Assembly: GCF_000143415.4 (NCBI RefSeq)
Contig: NW_003314348.1
Span: forward strand, 748,062 to 812,061
Source of the DNA: Selaginella moellendorffii
Taxonomy: Eukaryota; Plantae; Lycopodiophyta
DNA: 64,000 bases
Direction: 5' to 3'
Under the pieces are notes generated by a model, which ran no database searches, was not told the DNA's origin, and saw only the letters and a program-made list of their open reading frames with translations. The position numbers and the translations under genes were made by a program. Positions 49,036 to 60,819 of this stretch are shown here, one piece after another. Numbering within the stretch: the stretch's first letter is position 1; each line of letters starts with the position of its first letter.

Positions 49036-50616
49036 ATGGAAGAAAACTCCCCCAAATACTCCACTCCAGGCCCGGTTTCGTTCCCAGCTCCATCGGTGGT
49101 GATCATCGGCGCAGGCATTGCCGGCATTGCCGCGGCGCGGGCGCTCCAAGACCGCGGCATCGAGGTAACGCTCCTGGAATCCAGCGCCCGGATTGGCGGG
49201 CGGATCCACACCGACAAAAGCTCTCTTACCACCGCCGGCGGTACCGCGGTGCCCGTCGACATGGGCGCGTCGTGGATCCACGGCGCCACCCCGGGCCACA
49301 ATCCCATCGCCACCGCGGCGCTGGACGTCCTTCAGCTCGCCACGCACCAGACCGCCGGGGAGGGATCGCTGCTCTACGACCACGACGTGCAGCGCGGCTT
49401 CGCGCTCTACACCCGCGACGGCGTACGGATACCACGCGACACGGTACGGCAGTTTGAGTCATGGCTTAGGGCAGCCGTGGAGGCCGAGCGGCGCGACGCG
49501 CGGTACGAATCCGACGCTAGCCTCGAGGACACGATCAACAGAATGGTGGCCGAGCACAAGCTCCAGGGCAGCGTCGACGAGGAGATTCTGGGCTTCTACG
49601 TGTGCAGGATAGAGGGCTGGTTTGCCGCCGATTCGTCACGAATCTCCCCGAAGAGCTGGATCGAGGAAGAGTTTCACGAGGGCGGGCATTTGCTGGTTTC
49701 CAAGGGCTACTCGCAGCTGGTCGAGTCCTTGGCCCGCGGCATCGACATCCGGCTAGAACACCGAGCTGTCCGGGTCACGCAGCAAATGCCCTGTCTGGGC
49801 ATTTGCAGCAAACCCCACGTCCAGGTATCATGCAAGAATGGGTTTGAGATTCGTGCCGACGCGGCGATCGTAGCGGTGCCACTGGGGATCCTCCAAAGCA
49901 ATGTAATCGATTTCCAACCCGAGCTCCCCGAGTGGAAGCGCGAGGCCATCTCAAGCCTCGAGGTCGGCCACCAGAACAAGATCGCGCTGCTTTTCGAGTC
50001 GCTGTTTTGGGACGAGGACGCCGAGTTCCTGGGCTGCGCCACCGCCGCGCCGCGCGGCTGCAGCTACTTCCTCAGCCTCTACCCGACGCTACGCCGCGCG
50101 GTTCTCGTCTACATGCCCGTTGGCGAGCTCTCCAGGCGCATCGAGCGGATGGGCGATGAGGAAGCGACCGCTTTTGCCATGGAGAAGGTGCGAGCGATGC
50201 TCCCCGGGGCCCCGGACCCGGTGTCGTCGCTCATCTCGAGGTGGTCGCTGGACGAGAACTTCCTGTGCTGCTACAGCAACGATCCGTCCCCAAACGGGTC
50301 GGATCTCTTCGAGAGGATGGCGATGCCGGCGTCGGAGCTGCTCTACTTTGCTGGCGAGGCGAGCAGCCCCGACTTCTCGGGGACGGTGCACGGCGCGTAC
50401 GAGAGCGGCGTCGCGGCGGCCGAGCAAATAGTGGAGTCCCTGTCGAGGAGGCGGAGGAGCCAGCGGCCGGAGGAACAGCAGCCGCCACCATCACTGCCGC
50501 TGGCATCATTGAAAAGCGGCGGCTTGAGTCGGCCAGTTGTCTCTAGCTGCAACTTTGCTGCCCATCTCCTGTCCCTGGACGCTGCAAACGCTACATTGAC
50601 ACAGGTGATGCATTGA
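49036..50616 (+). CDS. PAO: Flavin-dependent polyamine oxidase (PAO2/3/4-like); coding body intronless, possible upstream mini-exon at 48508-48520
   Basis: VVIIGAGIAGIAAA (FAD), RIGGRIHTD, PVDMGASWIHG, LYDHD, EGWFAAD, GGHLLV.KGY, NKIALLF, LYFAGEA, GTVHGAYESG. Confidence 0.88.
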   Translation: MEENSPKYSTPGPVSFPAPSVVIIGAGIAGIAAARALQDRGIEVTLLESSARIGGRIHTDKSSLTTAGGTAVPVDMGASWIHGATPGHNPIATAALDVLQLATHQTAGEGSLLYDHDVQRGFALYTRDGVRIPRDTVRQFESWLRAAVEAERRDARYESDASLEDTINRMVAEHKLQGSVDEEILGFYVCRIEGWFAADSSRISPKSWIEEEFHEGGHLLVSKGYSQLVESLARGIDIRLEHRAVRVTQQMPCLGICSKPHVQVSCKNGFEIRADAAIVAVPLGILQSNVIDFQPELPEWKREAISSLEVGHQNKIALLFESLFWDEDAEFLGCATAAPRGCSYFLSLYPTLRRAVLVYMPVGELSRRIERMGDEEATAFAMEKVRAMLPGAPDPVSSLISRWSLDENFLCCYSNDPSPNGSDLFERMAMPASELLYFAGEASSPDFSGTVHGAYESGVAAAEQIVESLSRRRRSQRPEEQQPPPSLPLASLKSGGLSRPVVSSCNFAAHLLSLDAANATLTQVMH

Positions 50617-50892
50617 CTTTGGAAAGAAAACGTTAAGAAGATAATTGAAAAGCAAGCACCTCTCTTGACAACTCCAAATCAGAAATGAATACCTGTCGAG
50701 CTTTTTCTACTTTCTCAAGGGGTCCCCTCCTCCTCTCTATCCTTTTGCTTTTAACGAAGAATCTTAGATAAAAACTGTTGTGCTAGTTCATACCCTGCAG
50801 ATCATGATCACGCGTGTGTCAGCTGCAAAGGGCAACGAATCTACGTAAACACACTAAAGAGAGGTGTGGAATGGAAATGGAAAGATCGCGAG

Positions 50893-52567
50893 TTACCTGG
50901 TTCCCGCAAAATTTCCTTTTGTTACCGCTGCAAGCTCTTCGATCAGTCTCCTCTCGTCGCTGCTGAGACGTTTCGGGATCTCCACTTGGACGCGAACTAG
51001 CTGATCGCCCCTCAAGGTTGGCTTGCCGAGGATCGGGACGCCCTTCTTGGACATGACGAGGGTGGTGCCCGGTTGAGTCCCCGGAGGTATTCTCAGATCA
51101 ACGGGGCCGTCCACGGTGGGAACTTTGATGGTCGTACCGAGGATGGCGTCGATGTACGAGACCTTTGCCGAGATAACAATGTTGTTCCCTTCACGCTTCA
51201 GCTCCGCGTCCGATCGGACTTTGATAAACACGTACAGATCGCCTGGAGGACCGTTGTTCTTGCCTGCGTTTCCTTCCGACCGCACACGGAGCCTGCTGCC
51301 CGAGTCCACTCCTGCTGGAACTTTGAGATTTATCCGCTTCGATTTCCTGACTCTGCCGTCGCCGGAGCACGTACTGCAAGGTGTGGACGTTTGGCCAGTT
51401 CCCCCGCAGGAAGGACAGGTCGAGACTTGTCTAAACATCCCCAGGGGTGTTTGAGCCGTGGAGACCACCTGTCCTTGGCCACCACACTGGCTACAGTTCA
51501 CAGGTGTTGTCCCCGGCTTGGCCCCGCTGCCATTACACGTAGCACATGACTCGAGGCGAACTGTTTCGATTTCCTTGTCGGTGCCAAAGACCGCCTCTTT
51601 GAACTCCAATTGCAAATCGTATCTCTCGTCGTCACCCTGCATTGGCCGGTTCCGAGCTTGCCGACCTCCCATACCCCCCATGCCACCACCCATACCACCA
51701 AAAAACGCTTCAAAGAGATCAAATGGATTCGAAAAGCCCTGAGCAAAGCAAGCAAGGAGTAAGGAAAATAACACCAAAGTTCAAAGACTTACTGCTCCAG
51801 CTCCAGCTCCTTTCAAACCAGCTTCACCATATTTATCGTAGATGGATCGTTTATCATCATCAGACAGAACCTATCCCACCAAAAAGCATCTTAGACAAAG
51901 CCCATCACCAAAGCAAAAAATGTGAGCTTACCTCGTACGCATTACTGATCTCTTTAAACTTTTTGTCTGCATCTGGTTCTCTGGTACACAAATCCAAGTG
52001 TTTAGAACCCCCACAGGAGCAATGTAGAACACTCACTTGTTTACATCCGGATGGAACTGCCGTGCGAGCTTCCTGTAAGCTGCTCCAAACAAATGCCTAA
52101 ATCAAGCGTACTGTTCTTAACTCCTTAAGAGAAAATTGGATAGCCCCGACTTACCGGTTTTGATCTCCGCCTTGCTAGCAGTCTTTGGCACGCCAAGAAT
52201 GTCGTAGTACTCCTGCGAAATCCCAGAAGCAATCAAAAGATGAAAGGAGATCGAAGTAGAAAATATTACATTTTCTGCTCGAGCTATGAGCCGCTTGCGA
52301 CGACACTGCCGTGATTGCAGTGGCTTGCGCACACTGAAAGGCATCGTGGAAAGGATTCCATTGCAGGAGAAGCTCAATCCACAGGCATCCTTCCTGAGGG
52401 ATTATCGCGAATAAGAAACAAGCAAACAGAGAGCTCTCTTACTTATAAGAAGGAAACGAGCATGACGCCGCTCCAATCGAGCCGGCGAATCCTTGCTGCG
52501 CGGAGATGGCGCTGCTGCTCCTCTGCTGCGCCGGGAATCGCCCAGCCGTGGCTGCCGCGGCCGCCAT
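50893..52567 (-). CDS. Type A DnaJ chaperone, plastid-type (DJA5/6-like)
   Basis: Ala/Ser-rich N-terminus, J domain ([15 protein letters not shown]), G/F region, four CxxCxGxG repeats, C-terminal domain ([17 protein letters not shown]). Confidence 0.92.
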
Positions 52568-52701
52568 TGCGAGCTTGCCCTCGTTCCTCTCCTTCCGCAA
52601 ACCCTAGAAAATTCCAGAATAGAATGTTCCAGGCAGTGGAGATTTTTATTTTTCTCGTTTGACCCTTAGGGTTTTAGCTAGGGTTTATCTGATTAGCGCC
52701 C

Positions 52702-52740
52702 GCCACGTCGCGCAATGCATGGGCGATCTCGAGCATGCAT
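52702..52740 (+). promoter_or_regulatory. ABRE + two RY/Sph elements upstream of the legumin-like gene
   Basis: GCCACGT (52702-52708), ATGCATG (52715-52721) and CATGCAT (52734-52740), 80-120 bp upstream of the ATG at 52823. Confidence 0.55.
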
Positions 52741-52822
52741 TCGTCCCGGCTCCAAATAAATTCCCCTCCTCGATCGATTCTTTCTCATCCTGCCTCCCAG
52801 TGCTCTCCTTCTCGATCAAGCA

Positions 52823-54793
52823 ATGGCGATTGGAATGAAGATTCTCCTCTTGCTCCTGGTGATCAATGCCGCGGCGTTTGCGCGCCGCGAGGATGAGCAG
52901 CAGCGGCACGAGCATCGTCGGCAGCGCGAGCGCCACCAGCGGATGTTCGAGGATTTGAAGCCCCAGGAGCCCCGCGTGGAGCTGGAATCCGATGGGGGCA
53001 AGCTCGAGGTGTGGGGCGGGCGTGGATCGGGCGTGTTTGAGGACGCCAATGTCGCTGCGTGTAGGACGACTCTCAAGCGCCGCGGCCTCTGGCTCCCTTC
53101 CTACATCGATGCTCCCTCAATGCAGCTCGTTACTCGAGGTAAACGTCGAGACTATCTTCTTGATGGTTCGATCTTCCTTTCATAAATTTTTCTTTCCTTG
53201 CCGTCCTTAATCCCTGGAGTTCCAATCGTGGTGACAGTAAATTTTTTGTTTTTTCTTTTGATCTCTCTCTTCTTGATCAGCTCCTTGTTCTTCAATGCGT
53301 TGTTCTTCCTTGTTCTTATAGACGGCAATTTTTCCTTAACCAAATGTGTTCTTCAATGCAGGAGGTGGAAGAGTTGGAGTTATCAGCTCTCGTGGCGATC
53401 GTCGTAGTCAAGAAACCACCTTCAAAGTTGAGAAGGGTGATGTCGTTGCAGTCCCGCAGGGAGTGGTCGTCTGGTGGTACAACGATCAAGACCGAGATCT
53501 AGAGATCGTTGGACTTGCCGACGTTACCGAGAGCACTCGTCCCGCGAGCCTTCGGGTAAATTTCATCCATATTTCCTTTCCATTCATGATCTTTGCTTGC
53601 GTTTCTTTGCAGGCTTTTCACTTGGCTGGAGGAAAGCAAGAAGGTCAGCAGCGCAAGGAGGAAGAGCGAAGGAGGGGTCGCGAGGAGGAAGAGGACCAGC
53701 GAAGGAGAGGCCGCGAGGAGGAAGAGGAGCAGCGCCGCCAGCGTCGCGAGGACCAGCGCCGCGAGGATCAGCGTCGGGAGGATCAACGTGGTGAACGGAG
53801 CGAGCAGTCTGGATATGGAGCTGTCATCCACGGATTCAGCACCGAGGTTCTCTCTCGCGCTTGGCAGATGGACAAGAGCACTGTCAAGGAGTTGCTTCAA
53901 AGCCAGAGCGAGATGGGAATCATCCGACTCGACAAGGACATCACTTTCCCAGACCAGGAAGAGCGAGACAACACCTTCTACCAGAACTTCATCTATCGTT
54001 TTGGCAAAACGAATCCCGACATTCGTGTCCGAGATGGTGGTGAGCTCCGCGAGCTGAACAGCTACAAGCTTCCGGTTCTCAAGCAGCTCGGACTTGGAAT
54101 GGAATGCGTGCAGCTCGAACAGGTACCAAAAGATTCTCATTTGTCTTCGCGATCTTCATGTATCTTTTGTGTTTCAGGACGCTATGGTTTCTCCGAACTG
54201 GTTCCGTGCTCATCAGATCCTCTACGTTATGGAAGGACGTGGAAAGATCGAGGCTGTGTCTAACGATGGGGAGAGGGCTCTCGATACCGATCTTGAGAAG
54301 GGATCCCTCGTTGTCATCCCGGCTTTCTTCCCGTCGACGAAGATTGCTGGAAGCGAAGGATTTCACTACGTCTCTTTCCTCACCACGGACAAGTGAGCAT
54401 TTCTTTCGCTTTGTTTCTCCAGCTTCTAATGCTTCCATGAATGATCTCAGGCCGATGATCTCCTACATGTCTGGAAGGAACTCCGTCTACCAGGGCATTC
54501 CTCTGCGTGTTCTCTCTCGCATCTTAAACGTGGACGAGGAGCGCGCTAAGCAGGTCCAGCGCGCTCACGAGAGGGAATCCGTCATCTTTCCCTCCGAGTC
54601 TTCGGCTGCGCGCCGCCGCGACGGGCAGCGAGATCCTCGCCGTCGAGAAGACGAGAAGCGGCGCCACGAGGAAGAGGACGAGTCTCGCCGCCGCCAGCGT
54701 GAGGAGAAACGTCGCGAGGAAGAAGAGGAGGATCGTCGCCGCAAGAGAGAGAGCGAGGATGAGTCCAAGCGTCGTGGTGCGTGGGCTCTGTAG
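52823..54793 (+). CDS. Secreted 11S legumin-like bicupin storage protein with E/R/Q-rich inserts
   Basis: Signal peptide; GLWLPSYIDAP; GDVVAVPQGVVVWWYND; FHLAGG; GFSTEVLSRAW; GGELRELNSYKLPVL; AMVSPNW..AH; SYMSGRNSV. Charged RREDQ/REEEE repeats. Confidence 0.85.
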
Positions 54794-57700
54794 ATAAAAT
54801 GGTGGCCGCTTGTGTGTAGATAAGCCTCTGTGCAGTTGTTGCGAAGAATAAATATATAAACAGAGCGTGTTTGTGTGATTTTCACTTGGTTGTCAGTTTG
54901 GTCTGGTTGTCTAAAAATTGCTGTTGCCAAGCTGAGATTCATAATAGTAACTAAGATTTAGTATGATTTAGATAAGAATGTCAGACACATACTTGACGCT
55001 GCCATAGATCCTGATCCTGACGCCTTCCAGTGATAGATGCTTTAGTAAAGAATATACCTAGAATAGCAAAGTATATTTTAAAATATTCTTTAATTCGGAA
55101 GACCAGATACTGGCTTTTGATCCGCGAGAAGAGATCCAGAGTCACTCTTACTTCACTGCAGCATGATCGAAGTCCACAAAACCAAGTCGTCCTAGCTCTT
55201 GAGCGCCATACTATCGAAAGCTCTTCCCTTCTCCTTGACTGGCTTGGATGCAAGTATCATAAAGCTGATCCTATCGATGTCCCTGAGAGAAGTGCGTATT
55301 CATGGTAAGCTCCATAAGTTGGAATTGATATGTTGGTTGGCCAGGCTGCTAGAATATCAACGCCTGGAGCAGCGATATCGGGCTACAAACAATCGCTCAT
55401 GTAAGTCATGGATGAAACAATGCTTTGCTTTCTAAGTCCACTCCACATCAAATCAATCCATCCCGAATGGAGGCCCGCAGCACTAAAATCTGCACCAGGT
55501 AGCTCATCAAACAATTGCCAAAGATATGCTCATCACCAATTCAATGTAGCAAGCACCAGGGATAACACAAATGCCACAATATCAAGACCAGAAACTATCC
55601 CATCCAATCCATTTGGCTTTGGCTCCAGCCCTAAAAGCAGTTGATCCAGGACTTATGTTTAATGGTTGAGAATTAAGTATATTCTTTATATCTAAAGCAA
55701 ATCAAAAACTATAATTATATGTTTTGACAGTAAAAGTGATTATTATTTCCAGGTGTGAGTGCATGGAATATAGAAATAGAATACAGAAATATACATATTA
55801 ATTAACCCAAAATCTCTAATTTATATATAAGAGTGAGTGGTTCAAATAGAAATATTTCAGTTGTTACATATGCATAATTTCTAAAGGATTGGCCCATTAA
55901 ATATTTGTAAGTTCATGAGTTTAAACTTCCCAAACCTAATATTATTCAAATCTAAAAACTAAATATTTCAAAACCCTTAATCAACTTGATAAAAGGGTGC
56001 ACTTTTATTTATAAGCCCTTTTATAAAATATAAAAATGGAAATATGGAAATGTGCATATTAAATAGCCTAAAGCCATTAGCTTATATATAGAAGTGAGTG
56101 GTTTAGATTGAAACTAATTTAACAGTTATCAAAATCCCACTATATTAATATTAATATACATCATTGTAACCATACCTTTAGACTTCACATATGGATATAG
56201 ATTTAAATCTAAATCATCAAAATAAATATAACCATTATTTATTTTATATATTCTATTAGTATATGTTTAACTTTGCCAACTATACCATGAATCTTTTGTT
56301 ATAAATTCTTCTTTTTCTCTAACTTAAAACTTAATAAAGTTAATTAAAATATCTTTAAGATCTTAGTAAGTTTTTAATTATATTAAAATTATCATTTAAT
56401 GTTTCTCTCCAAATAATAGAATTTCCATATATATTACAGCTTTGTAGATCATTTATCATATCTCGTTTCTAATTAACTAAAAACATTATTTATATAAAAA
56501 ATCAGATATATACATACTTGGTTTAAGTTGAATAAATTTCCTGGCAAGAATCTAATTTTAAATATTCATTTTAAATTATAAATAGTCAAATTTCTTTTTC
56601 TACGTTTCCAATGAAATCAAATCAAAATAAATAAATTAAATCTCTCTTAAATTTTAGAAAACCCTATATTCTAAGCATAATATTGAATTTTACACAAAAA
56701 TGAATAAATTCTATATTTAGTTAAGACTTTATTCTTATAGATTCACTTCATCAACTTTATTTTCCATTTTTACCTTTAATGCATTCCTCCTCACTAGAAA
56801 ACCTCTTAGTGTTCTTGTGGCCATAGTGGCTCCTTCTGTTGTTTGACTTCTTTATTCTTCCCAAGCTTCTGTATGCTTTGTTTTGCTAGAAATCTCCTAA
56901 CAAATTAATTTGTATTTTCATTTTGGAAATCTCTTTAGAAATTGCTTTTTTATTTTTTGTTATGTGCTTGTATTATTCCAACATTGTTCCATTATTATTC
57001 CAACAATATTATATCAATTTTAATTCATCATTTTAAATGTGAAATGGATTTCTTTTAGGCCAATTAATTAATAAGTGATATTTGGCCAATTGCACTTTAT
57101 AGGATTTTGACATTTTACTTTGCTAAAAAGCCTTTGCTGCTTTTGTACAATTCATCCCAATTGATCGACCCTATATAAGAAATAAAAATGGAAAGCCCTT
57201 TATAAGAAATAAGAATGGAAAGAGAATGAAGCAAATTAACTATGACATAGTAATGGTTACTCTTTTTATGGAAGCTTTGGCATTATACCTCCTTTTCAAA
57301 TTTTCTTTTTTGCAGTTTAAAATCATTTAGGAACAGTATACTAATTAAGGTTCTTGAAGCTTTGTGGGCATATTCAACTTTGCCATAATTAAAACTAGGC
57401 AAATGAGAAGAGTAGGAAGCCCTCCAAAGGAGAGGCCTTTGAAAATAATTAAGAGAAACCATTGGGGTGGGGGGTTTATGTTAGAGTTGCTATCTTTGAA
57501 CAAAAATTTGGACAAAAAGAAGTTGGTCATACATATCTGATTTACAAAAGATCATGATGTCCATAAGTGGTTCAACCCTAGTTTCTTAAATTTTAGACAT
57601 TATAGCATGGTTTAGGCACTTATAAATATTTTATAAAATCATATTTTTTTGTCTTTTATATCTTATCAAAGTTTTACAATGAAATCAGTTCAATGGGAAC

Positions 57701-58539
57701 TGAACAGCATATTGGCACTGGCCCATGCCCTAAAATTGGCTCCTGTTGGCTATGGTACTTGTCATGGCCTTAGCTGCATACTAGTGTTGGCCCTAGCCAT
57801 GGCCATTGGTGCTGGCTGTAATGGCATAGGAGAAGTGAGAATTAATGGTAGAAACTATTATATATTCTTATATATTTCATTCAAATTTTGATTGTTGGTA
57901 ATGACTCTAAAATGGAAAAAATATATAATGAAAAAAAGAAGAATTATTTTTTAGTTGATAAAGTGAAACGGTTTTGTAAAGTCAAACCCCAATTAATATA
58001 CCTATTCCTATATCCCAAGAACTCATAATGGCTTTCAAAAAGGTCATAAGTTTACCTCTTAAAAAGAGTTTTATATCTAATTTATTTTAAAAATGAAAAA
58101 GGGGTATAATTATGTCCAGATATAAAACAACTTAAGAAAATTTACTATCTATAAACATTATGTTAGAAGCTAAAGAGCCGTTGACTCTAGTCCTACTCCC
58201 TCGCGGCCCGGCTTAAGAAGTTTCATATCTTCATCCAGTTGTCGTATTCAGACTTAGGGTTAGGGTAAAAGTGGCGGGAAAAAGCCCTAGGGTTTAAAGC
58301 CATAGCAATGGCTGGTGGAGCGAGAATCATCCATATTCAAGATGGCAATTGCTTTACTTCAACAGTATCATTCAAATGGCAAAATCATTCAAGGTAAGGT
58401 TGTTGTTTGCAAAAGTGGTGAAAAACCCTCTATTCCTGAGTCATGTGACAATTGTGAAATTGTCCAAGGCAGACTGGCAAGAGGTATGAGACAACACCAC
58501 TCCCAGCTTCACACTCACTCGCTGCAGGTACCAAGGCAC

Positions 58540-58775
58540 AGAGGGTGGTGCCCAGAAAGGGCAAACCACAGATGGGCATGGCTATAGTCAGAGTGTAACG
58601 GATGGCAATGGGGGGCATGCTGCCCAGGATGGGCAAGGTGTAAGGGATGGCAATGGCCAGGACGGCAATGGAAGTGAAGGCCAGGATGAGAACGGTGGCC
58701 AGAACAGTGGCCAAGATGAGGGTGGAGGCAGGAGTGAAGAGAGTGAAGAAATTGAAGAAGAAGAAGAAGAAGAGG
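58540..58775. repeat. Degenerate ATGGCA/GGCCA-type low-complexity repeat ending in (GAA)n
   Basis: Recurrent ATGGCA/ATGGCC/GTGGCC units, then a GAAGAA run. A similar complementary tract lies at ~57710-57830. Confidence 0.45.
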
Positions 58776-60299
58776 ATCATGGAGCTGGTGAGCTTGAAGT
58801 GGTAGTGGTGTTTCGGGACTTGCATTGTCGGCGTCCATGGTGATCCGCTTTAAGATCGAGAATGGTTGGGATGCAATGGAGATGAGCGTTGTACTCAAAG
58901 GCAGCTTTGAGACATCTGGGAGGTGTATCGCAAATGACGACCGAGTTGGTGTCCTTCATGACGACCTTTTGATGGAGTTTGGTGTCGGAGATTCTACTGC
59001 TACGGCAACACTGTTGGACACAATGGTGTTTCATGACACTCATGATAAATCTGTGACGAGTATATCCTCGACTGCGACAAGCAATGATCGCTTGCTAGGC
59101 ATGCGAATGCAAGGTGGTTATTTGCGGCTAGGGGCATCTGGGGCTCTAGAAGGAAGAGCTGAGTTCAAGGCCTCCACTGTCTCGACAGAGGCTGCTGAAT
59201 CAAGCTCCTCTATTAAACTGGCTGGTATTGCTAATACCACATTTAGCGTGCATGAGGTGTCCCAGAAGCTGAGTGGGAAAATGGCCTTTGTGGCGAATCA
59301 CAAAAGGCTAGCTCTGTCAGCATGCGTTGGTATGCCATGGTCTGCCCTTACTACAACAAAGGTTGGAGAGTACTTTGACGAAGAACTTGGCATGGGATGG
59401 CCCGCTGAAGTCGGAGGAAAGGGAACATATATGCTCTGGGGAGGAGGCATATATCTTTATTCCTTTGGCATGGAGAGAAGTGTAGCTGAATGCTCCGATT
59501 CGATAGTCTCTGGAAAACAGAGATACAATGCTATCGTCATGGTTAATCATGATATCAAGTGGGATGGCGACTGAGCAGCATGTCAGGAAAGTTGTCTGTG
59601 CGTCTCTTTGGTTCTTACATTGAGGTTTTTTTAGGCAGGTGGTCGGCACTGAGCGAGAAAGCTGGCTCTTTTGGTGTTGGAGGCGACGACGAAGAGGGTG
59701 GTTGGAGAGAGTGAAAGATCACCTGAGAGAGATTTAGAGTGAGCTTTAGCTGCCCTTGAATTTCGGTTGTTTTGTAATGGCTCAAAGAACTTTTGTACCT
59801 TTCTTTGCAAACGCTTGAAACGCGTGTCGAGGACACACCTATACCAGAGAAAAGCTTTCGTCAAAGAAACATCTTGTCACACAGCTTTGACTGTCGGAAA
59901 GTCTCGACTTCTCCTTCCAGATAGCGTTGCCTCAAGAGGTTGAGCCCCTTGATGCCGCATACCCCAAACACTTCGAAGTCGGACTGTACGTGCTGGACCA
60001 TCATCTCCCCCAGGCCCGCCGAGAGCATACGATCCTCTACTTCCTGTTCACTGGCTTCAGCGATCGCAATGAGAATGTCCATCGCACTGCTTCCCACAAA
60101 GTTCCGTGCAGTCTTTGAAGAAGGATCCAGCAGTTTAACCAGGCCACCGCACCGACGCCAAGACCTTCACCATGCTCGAGCTTGATCCCGCGAGAAGCAT
60201 CCACAGTTGCGTCCACGAGAGCGACGCACAGCGTGCTACTCACCCGCGACCCGTGCCTGCCGAGGTGGCAGTACTCATCAGGGTGGCACGGCGTCGCTG

Positions 60300-60611
60300 A
60301 TGTGGAAGGGCTTGCAGCCACGGCGGCATGACCGCCAAGGCCGTGGAGTTCTTCGTCTCGATGATCCACAACTACCAAATTGGCGACCACTGCTCTTGCA
60401 TGGCGAATCTCCTCGGACGGAAGGATTCATTCGCAAGATGCCGTTTCAAGCTGCAGCGTCGGTGTGGATGACGCTGCTGGGAGCTTGTAGAACTCGAACG
60501 AAGGAGGCCAGTGATCAGGTATCCGATATCAACCCCGAGCACGCACAGAGTTATATAGTGCTTCTCCAATGTCTACGCAGAGAACTAAACAAGAACGAAG
60601 GAGTTGCTTAG
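60300..60611 (+). pseudogene. PPR (E-domain) gene fragment
   Basis: ACSHGGMTAKAVEFFVSMIHNY and, in another frame, FIRKMPFQAAASVWMTLLGACRT..INPEHAQSYIVL. Frameshifted, with no upstream repeat array. Confidence 0.7.
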
Positions 60612-60819
60612 CTCAGTGAGAAACTATAAGAAGTACCTGTCATGAGTTTTGATTACTGTGGAGCGTCATAGGCTCGTTTGCCCATTGCGGGCGTATGCAC
60701 TGAGCAGATTCATCCAGAGGAGTGTTTCATCTTGAGGTCCCGAATCTGCCATACAATTGCATCGGAGAAAAGGGCAGGAATTTAAAGAGGAGGAACGAAG
60801 GTTAGGTTATCGTTCCGAA

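Noticed and set aside
13149-50616. Polyamine 'gene cluster' (arginine decarboxylase-like gene plus polyamine oxidase)
   Set aside because: The genes are ~35 kb apart with about ten unrelated genes between them, so chance co-location is the simpler explanation.
53689-53790. Short direct repeats (CGCGAGGACCAG-type) resembling an array
   Set aside because: They encode the RREDQ/REEEE inserts of the globulin. There are no spacers, and this is eukaryotic DNA, so it is not CRISPR.
58825-59574. 249-aa + strand ORF
   Set aside because: No recognisable motif and a non-ATG start. It reads like the antisense shadow of a decayed minus-strand sequence, so it cannot be supported as a gene.
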